Assembly: GCA_046563655.1 (NCBI GenBank)
Contig: CM102290.1
Coordinates: forward strand, 14,136,001-14,200,000
Length of the DNA: 64,000 nucleotides
Origin: Yuukianura sp. NJ FZ-2021
Taxonomy: Eukaryota
Reading direction: 5' to 3'
Shown here: piece by piece, positions 25,612 to 37,357 of the stretch
How positions within the stretch are numbered: position 1 is the stretch's first letter
Layout of the letters: every line of letters starts with the position of its first letter
Translations under genes and position numbers: made by a program
Notes under the pieces: generated by a model
What the model was told of the DNA's origin: nothing
The model's database searches: none
The model's input: only the letters and a program-made list of their open reading frames with translations

Positions 25612-26265
25612 ATGGAAGGTCAAAGGTCAGAGGTCACCGAAACTGGAAACCAATACGAATGTGACCGATGTCACCAGGACTTCAAAACTGCAGAAACTCT
25701 ACGTGCACATTACGTTGGGCACTTGGAAGTTCGACCATTCAGTTGCTCTAGATGCCCAAAAACATTCAACCGGAAAGCTCAACTTACAAGACACATGAAA
25801 GGTCACACTTACGTGGGATTGGTTGAGTGCAGTCACTGCAAAAACAAATTCAAATCAAATGGAGAACTCAACAAACATCTTATCATACACACAAAAGTAA
25901 GCAAATTCACATGTACAACCTGCAACTATGCTGCACAGTCACGAAGAGCCTTGAACGACCATGTTGCAGCACATTCTAAAGAACGTCGTTTCCACTGCAC
26001 GGAGTGCCATAAGAGATTCACACAAGAAGGCGATCTGAAGATGCATCTGAGAATTCACGCTGGAGACAAGCGATTCCAGTGCAACTTGTGCACTTATGCA
26101 GCCATAAAGAAAGAGCATCTTCGTATCCACATGAGACAACACACGGGGGAGAAACCATTTGCATGTATGTTCTGTGATAAGGCATTTACACAGAAGTGTA
26201 ATATGATCTGCCACATGCGAATCCATGTGAAACAGACGCCAACGCTCAGTTCCGGCAGTTCCTAG
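25612..26265 (+). CDS. C2H2 ZNF array copy 4 (217 aa; fingers 7-9 deleted, premature TAG in the last finger; possible pseudogene)
   Basis: F6 is joined directly to F10. After TAG 26263-26265 the frame continues AEFKCKRTLRRHREECCVDA to the ancestral TAA at 26326-26328. Confidence 0.8.
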   Translation: MEGQRSEVTETGNQYECDRCHQDFKTAETLRAHYVGHLEVRPFSCSRCPKTFNRKAQLTRHMKGHTYVGLVECSHCKNKFKSNGELNKHLIIHTKVSKFTCTTCNYAAQSRRALNDHVAAHSKERRFHCTECHKRFTQEGDLKMHLRIHAGDKRFQCNLCTYAAIKKEHLRIHMRQHTGEKPFACMFCDKAFTQKCNMICHMRIHVKQTPTLSSGSS

Positions 26266-27747
26266 GCAGAGTTTAAATGCAAACGTACTTTACGTCGTCA
26301 CCGGGAAGAATGCTGCGTCGACGCATAACTTTCAAATTTTGTCCAACCAAACTATCTCATTTGATTAGTTAATCCAGAGCTAAAGTTACTTAACTTAAAT
26401 TAATTTGTTAGTTTTGTTAAAGGTTAATTGTTGGTTGTTGAATCGTTATTAACAACTTATCAGTTATGTGATTCCTACCGTTGCACTCCTGAGGTATAGC
26501 CAATTAGTTTTCCCATATGTTTGTTTGTTTCATTTTCAGTAGTTTTTGTTGTTTAGTAAATATTGTTTTAGGAATAATTGAATTTAGCAGTTTTAGTCCA
26601 CTGACATCCATCACTCAACTATTCTCAATTAATTTCTGTTTTGAGGTCATTGACCTCTACACGCCAAATCCAGTTCAAAACGTAAATAAAAGTTCAACAA
26701 CATCAGTACAAATGATTTACTGTTGCTTCGTGGTTTCAAATTATTTCCAACGCTTTGAATAATTTACAAATTCTCGACTTCTATTGCCTCAAATTTCTGT
26801 TTTTGTGTCACAGTGTTGCAGTGTTCAGTATTTAAAAAAAATCAAACAAATCTAGGTTCAAAATTTTGAAATTTTAGAAAGCGACGTAGAGTGTAAGACT
26901 CTACGTCGCTCAAGTAATTTCTGTTTCAAATTCAATAACGTCGGGACTCAACGTCCAGTTCAAAATGTTAAGCAAAAATTTACTAACTCTTTTGCCATCA
27001 AGGAATTATGAGTTGTTGTGTGGTTTCAAATTATTTCAAAAGATTTGACTCAGCTCAAAATATTATATTTCTGTTTTTTTTTTCGTGGAAGCAATTTTTT
27101 CATGTTTAGTTAACTAGCAATGCATGAGCTTATAAGACTGGGTAAATCAAGAGACCAAGATTGTTAATTAACAAATTTAAATTTTCCGTTATAAAAAGTT
27201 ATGTGAAATGTAAATGGATTGGAAGATATGAAATGCTGTGCAAATTTCAAATGAATTGGCAAATCTTGTGATTCGCGAGGTTACACGTTTTTATCAAAAT
27301 CTGAGTTTTTGGAAAATGTAGTAAAATGCTGATTTTTTTGTGATATTTTGTGACTGATGCATTGTCAGTTTTGTTGGAGGATGAGCCTCCGTCCAGTGAG
27401 AGGCAGAGAAGCAGCAGAGCAGGAAAGACGTTTACATTGTCACTCTCGCAAGACAAGGTCAGAGGTCGAGGTCACACCACTGGAGGTCAACGTCACACCA
27501 TTGTTGGGTCAACGTCACACCACTGGAGGTCAACGTCACACCATTGTTGGGTCAAGGTCACACCACTGGAGGTCAAGTGTACATTTAGCTCCAACACTTT
27601 TTGTTGTTGTAGTCAGCAAATTGGTAAGAAAAACACGAAACATTTTGTGCTGGAGGTGTAACTAGTACTGGTTACTATGAAAAATACGAAAACAAAAGTC
27701 AAAATGTTTTTTTTTGTTATGTATTAGAGGACCCTGGCTGCGACAAA

Positions 27748-28713
27748 ATGGCTGACAAAAGGTCAGACGTCACTGGAACAGGAAACAAATACGAATGCGA
27801 CGAATGTCACAAACAGTTCAAAAGTGCAGCAAACCTACGACAGCATTCCGTGCTCCACTTGAGTCTTCGACCATTCAGTTGCTCCAGATGCCCAAAAACA
27901 TTCAACAGGATCTACCATCTTACAGTTCACATGAGAGGTCACACTTACGAGGGATTGGTTGAATGCAGTCACTGCAAACACAAATTCAAATCAAATTCAG
28001 AACTCAAGAAACACCTCATCGTACACACAAAAGTAAGCAAATTCACATGTACAATCTGCAACTATGTTGCACAGTCACAGACGAGGTTGGACGACCATGT
28101 TGCAACACACTCAAATGAACGTCGTTTCCAATGTTCGGAGTGCCACAAGAGATTCACGGAAGAGGGCAGTCTGAAGAGGCATCTGAGAATCCACACTGGA
28201 GACAAGCGATTCCAGTGCACCTTCTGCACTTATGCAGCCATAGAGAAGAAGACTCTTGACATCCACATGCGACAACACACGAATGAGAGACCATACGCAT
28301 GTGTGTTGTGCACCGCCACATTCAAGCAACAAAGTGTGTTGAAGTACCACATGGGGATCCATACTAGAGAGAAACCACATCCATGCAAGGAATGCGGCAA
28401 GGAATTCAGCAGTTCCACTCACTTGAAGAATCATGTGAAGATGCATTCGGGAGTGAAGGATTTCGAGTGCACAGTGTGCCACAAGAAGTTCAGACAGAGT
28501 GCACACCTCACTAGACATGCGCGTGTCCATTCCGGAGAGAAGCCATTTACATGTAAGTTCTGCGACAAAGCATTTGCAAAGAGGGGTACTTTGAGCATCC
28601 ACCTTCGGATCCACTTGAATGAGAAGCCGTTTAGTTGTGGGAGTTGCCAGGCAGAGTTCAGATACAAAAGCAATTTGCTGCGTCACCGGGAACAATGCTG
28701 CGTCGACGCATAA
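27748..28713 (+). CDS. C2H2 ZNF array copy 5 (321 aa)
   Basis: Intact 11-finger ORF ending CCVDA. Confidence 0.93.
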   Translation: MADKRSDVTGTGNKYECDECHKQFKSAANLRQHSVLHLSLRPFSCSRCPKTFNRIYHLTVHMRGHTYEGLVECSHCKHKFKSNSELKKHLIVHTKVSKFTCTICNYVAQSQTRLDDHVATHSNERRFQCSECHKRFTEEGSLKRHLRIHTGDKRFQCTFCTYAAIEKKTLDIHMRQHTNERPYACVLCTATFKQQSVLKYHMGIHTREKPHPCKECGKEFSSSTHLKNHVKMHSGVKDFECTVCHKKFRQSAHLTRHARVHSGEKPFTCKFCDKAFAKRGTLSIHLRIHLNEKPFSCGSCQAEFRYKSNLLRHREQCCVDA

Positions 28714-30089
28714 CTTAAAATTTCTGTCCAATCAAATCACTTGTTAGTTACTGTTATAACGCAGAAGGTAAAGTTACATTCCCTTGGTTAATTTGTTCCA
28801 CTAGCTTACCTAAGGTCTGTTAAGTCTTAAGTATAATAGTATATTAGTATATATATATAATAGCATATTAGTATATATATACATAATAGCATATTAGTAT
28901 ATAATAGTATATAATTATATATAATTATATTATTATACTTTAATGCTATTCCTGCTGTTCCACCTCCCGCTCAGGAAAAGCAGCACATAACTTCCCCTCT
29001 GTTTTTCTGTTTCAATTTGATTAGCTACTTTGTTGATTAGTTAATGTTGTTGTAGGAATAATTGAATTTAGTAGTTTTAGTCCCCTGACATCCATCACTC
29101 AACTATTCTCATGCAATTTTTGTTTCGAGGTCATTCACCTCTGAACAAATTCAAACTCCAGTTCAAAATGTAAATAAAAGTGTAGTTTTCTTTGCATCAG
29201 AAGAAAAGTATGAGCAGTTTCATGATTTCAAATTATTTTCAAACACTTTGAATAATTTACAAATTTTCAATTTCTATTGCCTCAAATTTTTATTTTTGTG
29301 TCGCAATGTTGCAGTGTTCAGTATTTAAAAAAATCAAACAAATCTAGGTTCAAAATTTTGTAATTTGTAAGCGACGTAAAGTGTAGAACTCATTTGCTCA
29401 AGTAATTTCTGGCCTCTGGACTGAACGTCCAGTTCAAAATGTTAAATAAAAATTTAATAACTCTTTTAGCATCAAAATGAATTATGAGTTGTTTTGTGGT
29501 TTCATTTCAAAAGATTTGACTCATCTCAAAATTTTACATTGCTGTTTTTTTTTTCGTGGAAGTAATTTTTTATGTCTAGTTACTAGCTATGCATTAGCTT
29601 ATAAGACTAGGTAGATCAAGAGAACAAAAATTTTAATTAAAATTAATTAATTAGATATGAAATGCTCTGCAAATGTCGAATGAATTGGCAAATCTTGTGA
29701 TTCGCGAGGTTACACGTTTTTATCAAAATTATAAGTTTTTGGAAAATGTAAAATCCTGATTTTTTGTGATTTTTTGTGACTGATGTCATGTCAGTTTTCC
29801 TGGAAGATGAGCCTCCGTCCAGTCAGAGACAGAAAAGCAGCAGAGCAGGAAAGACGCTTCCAGTGTTACTCTTGGAAAACAAGGTCAGAGGTCAAGGTCA
29901 CACCACTGGAGGTCAATTGTACATTCAGTTCCGATTGACTGGACATCATCATCTTAGCTTTGGACTTTTCATTGCTGGAGTAAGGAAAAAATGTTATTTT
30001 GTGCTGGAAGTATAATTTACTTCCAAGAATATGGAAAGAGTCATAATGCTTGTTTTGTTTAGGTACTAAAAGAACCTAGCTGAGACAAA

Positions 30090-31559
30090 ATGGCTGACAA
30101 AAGGTCAGAGGTCACTGGAACTGGAAACAAATACAAATGTGACCAATGTCACAAGCACTTCAAAAATGCACAAACTCTACGTCAACATTCCGTGCTCCAC
30201 TTGGATGTTCGGCCATTCAGTTGCTCTAGATGCCCAAAAACATTCAACAGACAGTCTCTTCTTACAAGGCACATGAAAGGACACACGCACGAGGGAATGT
30301 TTGAATGCAGTCACTGCAAAAACAAATTCAAAACAAATTTTGAGCTCAACAAACACCTCATCATGCACACAAAAGTAAGCAAATTCACATGCACAATCTG
30401 CAACTATGCTGCGCAGTCGCAGAGGAAGTTGGACTACCATGTTGCTACACACACAAATGAACGTCGTTATCAGTGCACGGAGTGCCACAAGAGATTCACA
30501 ACAGATAGACATCTGAAGATGCATCTGAGAATCCATGCAGGAGACAAGCGATTCCAGTGCAACTTCTGCACTTATGCAGCCATAGAGAAGAGAAGCCTGG
30601 AGATCCACATGCGACAACACACGAATGAGAAACCATACGCATGTGTGTTGTGCACAGCCACATTCAAGTCACACAGTGCTTTGAAGTACCACGTTGGGGT
30701 TCACACTGGGAAGAAACCACACCCATGCAAGGAATGTGGCAAGGAATTCAGCAGTTCCACTATTTTGAAGAATCATGTGAAGATTCATGCGGGAGTGAAG
30801 GAGTTCGAGTGCACAGTGTGCCACAAGAAGTTCAGACAGCAATCAACAGTCACTAAACATGCGCGTGTCCATTCTGGAGAGAGGCCATTTGCATGTGTGT
30901 TGTGCACAGCCACATTTATGCAGCAAAGTGCTTTGAAGTACCACATGGGGACACACACTGGGGAGAAACCACACCCATGCAAGGAATGTGGCAAGGAATT
31001 CAGTAGTTCCACTATTTTGAAGAATCATGTGAAGATTCATGCGGGAGTGAAGGAGTTCGAGTGCACAGTGTGCCACAAGAAGTTCAGACAGCAATCAACA
31101 GTCACTAAACATGCGCGTGTCCATTCTGGAGAGAGGCCATTTGCATGTGTGTTGTGCACAGCCACATTTATGCAGCAAAGTGCTTTGAAGTACCACATGG
31201 GGACACACACTGGGGAGAAACCACACCCATGCAAGGAATGTGGCAAGGAATTCAGTAGTTCCACTATTTTGAAGAATCATGTGAAGATTCATGCGGGAGT
31301 GAAGGACTTTGAGTGCACAGTGTGTCTCAAGAAGTTCAGACAGCAATCAACAGTCACTAAACATGCGCGTGTCCATTCTAAAGAGAGGCCATTTGAATAT
31401 AAGTTCTGCGACAAAGCTTTTTCACAGTTGGGTACATTGACCTGCCATCTTCGGATCCACTTGAATGAGAAGCCGTTTAGTTGCGGTAGTTGCCAGGCAG
31501 AGTTCAGATACAAACGCAATTTGTTGCGTCACCAGGAACAATGCTGCGTCGACGCATAA
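30090..31559 (+). CDS. C2H2 ZNF array copy 6 (489 aa, 17 fingers; F7-F9 block triplicated)
   Basis: A 252-bp internal repeat occurs three times (about 30637-31392). 489-321=168 aa = 6 fingers. The penultimate finger has Cys->Tyr (FEYKFC). Confidence 0.9.
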   Translation: MADKRSEVTGTGNKYKCDQCHKHFKNAQTLRQHSVLHLDVRPFSCSRCPKTFNRQSLLTRHMKGHTHEGMFECSHCKNKFKTNFELNKHLIMHTKVSKFTCTICNYAAQSQRKLDYHVATHTNERRYQCTECHKRFTTDRHLKMHLRIHAGDKRFQCNFCTYAAIEKRSLEIHMRQHTNEKPYACVLCTATFKSHSALKYHVGVHTGKKPHPCKECGKEFSSSTILKNHVKIHAGVKEFECTVCHKKFRQQSTVTKHARVHSGERPFACVLCTATFMQQSALKYHMGTHTGEKPHPCKECGKEFSSSTILKNHVKIHAGVKEFECTVCHKKFRQQSTVTKHARVHSGERPFACVLCTATFMQQSALKYHMGTHTGEKPHPCKECGKEFSSSTILKNHVKIHAGVKDFECTVCLKKFRQQSTVTKHARVHSKERPFEYKFCDKAFSQLGTLTCHLRIHLNEKPFSCGSCQAEFRYKRNLLRHQEQCCVDA

Positions 31560-32697
31560 GCTACAAATTCTGTCCAAACAAATCAGTTGTTAGTTTGTTA
31601 GTTACTGCTATAACGCAGTTGGTAAAGTTACATAACCGAGGTTAATTTGTTTAGTCTACCTAAGGTCTGGTAAGTCTTAAGTATAACAGTATATATATAC
31701 TATATATATATATATATTATTATATAATATTATTATTATATATATTATAGTAATTAATTATATAATTATTTATAATTATATTATTATACTTTAATGCGAT
31801 TCCTTCTGTTGCAAGCACTTATTAAAAACAGCACTTCTTCCCCTCTGTTTTTCTGTTCCAATTTAATTGGTTAAATTTGTTTAGTTAATGTGTTTTAGGA
31901 ATAATTGAATTTAGTAGTTTTAGTCCCCTGACCTCCATCACTCAAGTATTCTCGTGTAATTTGTGTTTTGAGGTAATTGACCTCTGGACAAATTCAAAAT
32001 CCAGTTCAAAATGTTAAATAAAAATTGACTAACTCTTTTAGCATCAAAAGGAATTATGAGTTGTTTTGTGGTTCCAAATTATTTCAAAAGATTTGACTCA
32101 TCTCAAAATTTTACATTGCTTTTTTTTTGTGGGAGTAATTTTTTCGTATTTAAGTTACTAAGTTACTAGCAATGCTTGAACTTTTAAGACTGGGTGAATC
32201 AAGAGACCAAGAATTTTAATTACCAATCTTCAATTTTCCGTTATAAAAAGTTGTGTGAAATGTGAATGGATTGGAAGATATGAAATGCTCTGCAAATCTC
32301 AAATCAATTGGCAAATCTTGTGATTCGCGTGGTTACGCGTTTTTATCAAAATTCTGAGATTATGGAAAATGTAAAATGCTGATTTTTTGTGACTGATGCC
32401 ATGTGAGTTTTCTTGGAAGATGAGCCTCCGTCCAGTCAGAGGCAGAGAAGCAGCAGAGCAGGAAAGACGTTTCCAGTGTTACTCTCGCAAGACAAGGTCA
32501 GAGGTCAAGGTCACGCCACTAGAGGTGAATTGTACATTCACTTCCGATTGACTGGACATCAAGCTTTGGACTCTTCATTGTTGGAGTAAGGAAAAAAATG
32601 TTATTTTGTGCTGGAAGTATAATTTACTTCCAAGAACATGGAAGGAGTCATAATGCTTGTTTTGTTTAGGTACTAGAAAGAACCCGGTTGAGACAAA

Positions 32698-33663
32698 ATG
32701 GCTGACCAAAGGTCAGAGGTCACTGGAACTGCAAAGAAGCACGAATGCGACCAATGTCACAAACAGTTCAAAAGTTCAGCAAACCTACGACAGCATTCCG
32801 TGCTCCACTTGGATGTTCGGCCATTCAGTTGCTCTAGATGCCCAAAAACATTCAACCAGAAAATTCATCTGACAAGACACATGAGAGGTCACACGTACGA
32901 GGGATTGGTTGAATGCATTCACTGCAAACACAAATTCAAATCAAATGGAGAACTCAACAAACACCTCATCATACACACAAATGTAAGCAAATACACATGC
33001 ACAATCTGCAACTATGCTGCACAGTCACAAGGGAATTTGGACAAACATGTTGCAACACACACAAATGAACGTCGTTTCCAGTGCACGGAGTGCCACAAGA
33101 GATTCACAACAGATAGCTCTCTGAAGATGCATCTGAGGATCCACGCTGGAGACAAGAGATTCCAGTGCAATATCTGCACTTATGCAACCAGAGAGAAAGA
33201 AAGTCTGGAGATCCACATGCGACAGCACACACGAGAGAAACCATTTGCATGTGTGTTGTGCACAGCCACATTCAAGTCACACAGTGTGTTGAAGTACCAC
33301 ATGGGGATCCACACTGGAGAGAAACCACACCCATGCAAGGAATGTGGCAAGGAATTCAGCACTTCCACTCACTTGAAGAATCATGTGAAGATGCATGCGG
33401 GAGTGAAGGATTTCGAGTGCACAGTGTGCCACAAGAAGTTCAGACAGAAATCACACCTCACCAGACATGCGCGTGTCCATTCTGGAGAGAGGCCATTTGA
33501 ATGTAACTTCTGTGACAAAGCATTTGCACAGAGGGCTCATTTGACCCGCCACCTTCGGATCCACTTGAATGAGAAGCCGTTTAGTTGTGGGAGTTGCCAG
33601 GCAGAGTTCAGATACAAACGCAATTTGTTGCGTCACCGGGAAGAATGCTGCGTCGACGCATAA
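32698..33663 (+). CDS. C2H2 ZNF array copy 7 (321 aa)
   Basis: Intact 11-finger ORF ending CCVDA. Confidence 0.93.
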   Translation: MADQRSEVTGTAKKHECDQCHKQFKSSANLRQHSVLHLDVRPFSCSRCPKTFNQKIHLTRHMRGHTYEGLVECIHCKHKFKSNGELNKHLIIHTNVSKYTCTICNYAAQSQGNLDKHVATHTNERRFQCTECHKRFTTDSSLKMHLRIHAGDKRFQCNICTYATREKESLEIHMRQHTREKPFACVLCTATFKSHSVLKYHMGIHTGEKPHPCKECGKEFSTSTHLKNHVKMHAGVKDFECTVCHKKFRQKSHLTRHARVHSGERPFECNFCDKAFAQRAHLTRHLRIHLNEKPFSCGSCQAEFRYKRNLLRHREECCVDA

Positions 33664-34945
33664 GTTACAAATTCTGTCCAATCAAATCAGTTGTTAGTTT
33701 GTTAGTTACTGCTATAACGCAGTAGGTAAAGTTACATAACCTAGGTTAATTTGTTGCACTAGTTTACCTAAGGTCTCTTAAGTATCAATTCTGTATAATG
33801 CTAACTCAACTCTTATTAGTACTAACAATTAGCATCAAATATAATAGCATATTAGTATATATATAATAGTATATAATTAATTATATATAATTATATTATT
33901 ATACTTAAATACCTCCTACTCATGAAAAGCAGCACATAACTTTTCCCATCTGTTTTTCTGTTTCATTTTGATTAATTAGTTAATTTGTTGTTTAGTTAAT
34001 GTTGTTGTAGGAATAATTGAATTTAGTAGTTTTAGTCCCCTGACATCCATCACTCAAGTATATGCTCATGTGCAATTTGTGTTTTGAGGTCATTGACCTC
34101 TGGACAAATTCAAAATCCAGTTCAAAATGTAAATAAAACTTCACTTTTCTTTACATCATAAGAAAATTTTGAGCAGTTGAAACTGCACATATGGTTTCAT
34201 ATTAATTTCAAACACTTTGAATAATTTCCAAATTTTGCATTTCTATTGCCTCACATTTCTGTTTTTGTGTCGCAAATTGTGACTCGCAATGTTGCAGTGT
34301 TCAGTATTAAAAAAAAAATTAAAACAAATCTAGGTTCAAAATTTTGAAATTTTAGAAAGCGACGTAAAGTGTAGAACTCATTTGCTCAAGTAATTTCTTT
34401 CTCAAGGTCAATGACGTCGGGACTCAACGTCCAGTTCAAAATGTTAAACAAAAATTGAATAACTCTTTTAGCATCAAAAGGAATTATGAGTTGTTTTTTG
34501 GTTTCAAATTATTTCAAAAGATTTAACTCAGCTCAAAATTTTATATTTCTGTTTTTTTTTTCGTGGAAGCAATTTTTTCATGTTTAGTTACTAGCAATGC
34601 ATGAGCTTATAAGACTGGGTAAATCAAGAGACCAAGATTGTTAATTAACAAATTTCAATTTTCCGTTCCAAAAAGTTATGTGAAATGTAAATGGATTGGA
34701 AGATATGAAATGCTCTGCAAATTTCAAATGAATTGGCAAATCTTGTGATTCGCGAGGTTACACGTTTTTATGAAAATCTGAATTTTTGGAAAATGTAGTA
34801 AAAACGCTGATTTTCTGTGATATTTTGTGACTGATGCCATGTCAGTTTTCCTGGAAGATGAGCCTCCGTCCAGTCAGAGGCAGAGAAGCAGCAGAGCAGG
34901 AAAGACGTTTACAGTGTTACTCTCGCAAGACAAGGTCAGAGGTCA

Positions 34946-35050
34946 AGTCACACCACTGGACGTCAACGTCACGCCACTGGACGTCAACGTCACACCACTG
35001 GACGTCAACGTCACGCCACTGGACGTCAACGTCACACCACTGGACGTCAA
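34946..35050 (+). repeat. 21-bp minisatellite (GTCACACCACTGGACGTCAAC) x5 upstream of ZNF copy 8; variable copy number in other units
   Basis: Direct tandem repeats are visible. Related arrays lie near 22953, 27471, 42573 and 49807. Confidence 0.85.
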
Positions 35051-35195
35051 GTGTAGATTCAGTTCCGATTGATTAGACATCAAGTTTTGGGCACTTCATT
35101 GTTGGAGTAAGGAAAAACATGTTACTTTGAAGAATATGGAAAAAGTAATAATGCTTGTTTTGTTTAGGTACTAAAAAGAACCTATCTGAGGCAAA

Positions 35196-36161
35196 ATGGC
35201 AGACAAAAGGTCAGAGGTCACTGAAGTTGGCAACAAATACGAATGTGACCAATGTCACAAACACTTCAAAAGTGCAGCATACCTACGCCAGCATTCCGTA
35301 GTTCACTTGGATCTTCGACCATTCAGTTGCTCCAGATGCCCAAAAACATTCAACAGGATGTACCATCTTACAATTCACATGAGAGGTCACACGTACGAGG
35401 GATTGGTTGAATGCAGTCACTGCAAACACAAATTCAAAACAAATGGAGAACTCAAGAAACACCTCATCATACACACAAAAGTAAGCAAATTCACATGCAC
35501 AATCTGCAACTATGCTGCACAGTCACAAACGCGGTTGGACAACCATGTTGCGACACACACAAATGAACGTCGTTTCCAGTGTACGGAGTGTGAAAAGAGA
35601 TTCACACAAGAGAGCCATTTCAAGAGGCATCTGAGGATCCACGCAGGAGACAAGCGATTCCAGTGCAGCTTATGCACTTATGCAACCGTAGAGAAGAAGG
35701 CTCTTGACATCCACATGCGACAACACACGAATGAGAAACCATACGCATGTGTGTTGTGCACCGCCACATTCAAGCAACAAAGTGTGTTGAAGTACCACAT
35801 GGGGACCCACACTGGAGAGAAACCACACCCATGCAAGGAATGTGGCAAGGAATTCAGCACTTCCACTCACTTGAAGAATCATGTGAAGATGCATGCGGGA
35901 GTGAAGGACTTGGAGTGCACAGTGTGCCACAAGAAGTTCAGACAGAGTGCACACCTCACTAGACATGCGCGTGTCCATTCTGGAGAGAGGCCGTTTGCAT
36001 GTAAGTTCTGTGACAAAGCATTTGCAGAGAGTGGTACTTTGACCCGCCACCTTCGCATCCACTTGAATGAGAAGCCGTTTAGTTGTGGGAGTTGCCAGGC
36101 AGAGTTCAGATACAAACGCAATTTGCTGCGTCACCGGGAAGAATGCTGCGTCGACGCATAA
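35196..36161 (+). CDS. C2H2 ZNF array copy 8 (321 aa)
   Basis: Intact 11-finger ORF ending CCVDA. Confidence 0.93.
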   Translation: MADKRSEVTEVGNKYECDQCHKHFKSAAYLRQHSVVHLDLRPFSCSRCPKTFNRMYHLTIHMRGHTYEGLVECSHCKHKFKTNGELKKHLIIHTKVSKFTCTICNYAAQSQTRLDNHVATHTNERRFQCTECEKRFTQESHFKRHLRIHAGDKRFQCSLCTYATVEKKALDIHMRQHTNEKPYACVLCTATFKQQSVLKYHMGTHTGEKPHPCKECGKEFSTSTHLKNHVKMHAGVKDLECTVCHKKFRQSAHLTRHARVHSGERPFACKFCDKAFAESGTLTRHLRIHLNEKPFSCGSCQAEFRYKRNLLRHREECCVDA

Positions 36162-37357
36162 CTTAAAATTTCTGTCCAATCAAATCACTTGTTAGTTTGT
36201 TAGTTACTGTTATAACGCAGAATGTAAAGTTACATAGCCTTGGTTAATTTGTTCCACTAGCTTACCTAAGGTCTGTTAAGTCTTAAGTATAATAGTATAT
36301 TAGTATAATAGTATATTAGTATAATAGTATATTAGTATATATATATAATAGCATATTAGTATATAATAGTATATAATTATATTATTATACTTTAATGCTA
36401 TTCCTGCTGTTCCACCTCCCGCTCAGGAAAAGCAGCACATAACTTCCCCTGTGTTTTTCTGTTTCAATTTGATTAGCTACTTTGTTGTTTAGTTAATGTT
36501 GTTGTAGAAATAATTGAATTTAGTAGTTTTAGTCCCCTGACATCCACCACTCAACTATTCTCATGCAATTTTTGTTTAGAGGTCATTCACCTCTGAACAA
36601 ATTCAAACTCCAGTTCAAAATGTAAATAAAAGTGTAGTTTTCTTTGCATCAGAAGAAAAGTATGAGCAGTTTCATGATTTCAAATTATTTTCAAACACTT
36701 TGAATAATTTACAAAATCAAACAAATCTAGGTTCAAGTTTAAAATTTAGTCCAGTTCAAAATGTTAAATAAAAATTTACTAACTCTTTTAGCATCAAAAG
36801 GAATTATGAGTCGTTTTGTGGTTTCATTTCAAAAGATTTGACTCATCTCAAAATTTTACATTGCTGTTTTTTTCGTGGAAAGTAATTTTTTTGATGTTAC
36901 AAAAAGTTATGTGGCATGTAAATCGATTGCATGATATGAAATGCTCTACAAATACCAAATCTTGTGATTCGCGAGGTTATACGTTTTTATAAAAATTATA
37001 AGTTTTTGGAAAATGTAAAATTCTGATTTTTTATGATATTTTGTGACTGATGCAATGTCAGTTTTCCTGGAAGATGAGCCTACGTCCAGTCAGAGGCAGA
37101 AAAGCAGCGGAGAAGGAAAGACGTTGACAGTATTACCCTCGCAAGACAACGTCAGAGGTCAACAACGTCACACCACTGTAGGTCAATTCTACATTTAGTT
37201 CCGATTGACGACATCAAGCCTTGGACACTTCATTGTTGGAGTAAGGAAAAACATGTTATTTTGTGCTGGAAGTATAATTTACTTTGAAGAGTATGGCAAG
37301 AGCCATAATGCTTGTTTTGTTTTCTTTAGGTAGTAAAAAGAACCTGGCTGAGGCAAA

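Noticed and set aside
29788..30089. Upstream ORF (MSVFLEDEPPSSQRQ... or MPCQFSWKMSL...) as an N-terminal effector exon spliced onto the ZNF CDS
   Set aside because: In copies 6, 12 and 14 the spliced frame is in phase but hits TGA two codons before the ZNF ATG. Other copies have ATG-TGA, early stops or frame-breaking indels. The reading frame is not conserved, so promoter or UTR sequence is more likely.
34946..35050. CRISPR-like array
   Set aside because: Contiguous 21-bp tandem repeats without unique spacers, eukaryotic context and no cas genes.
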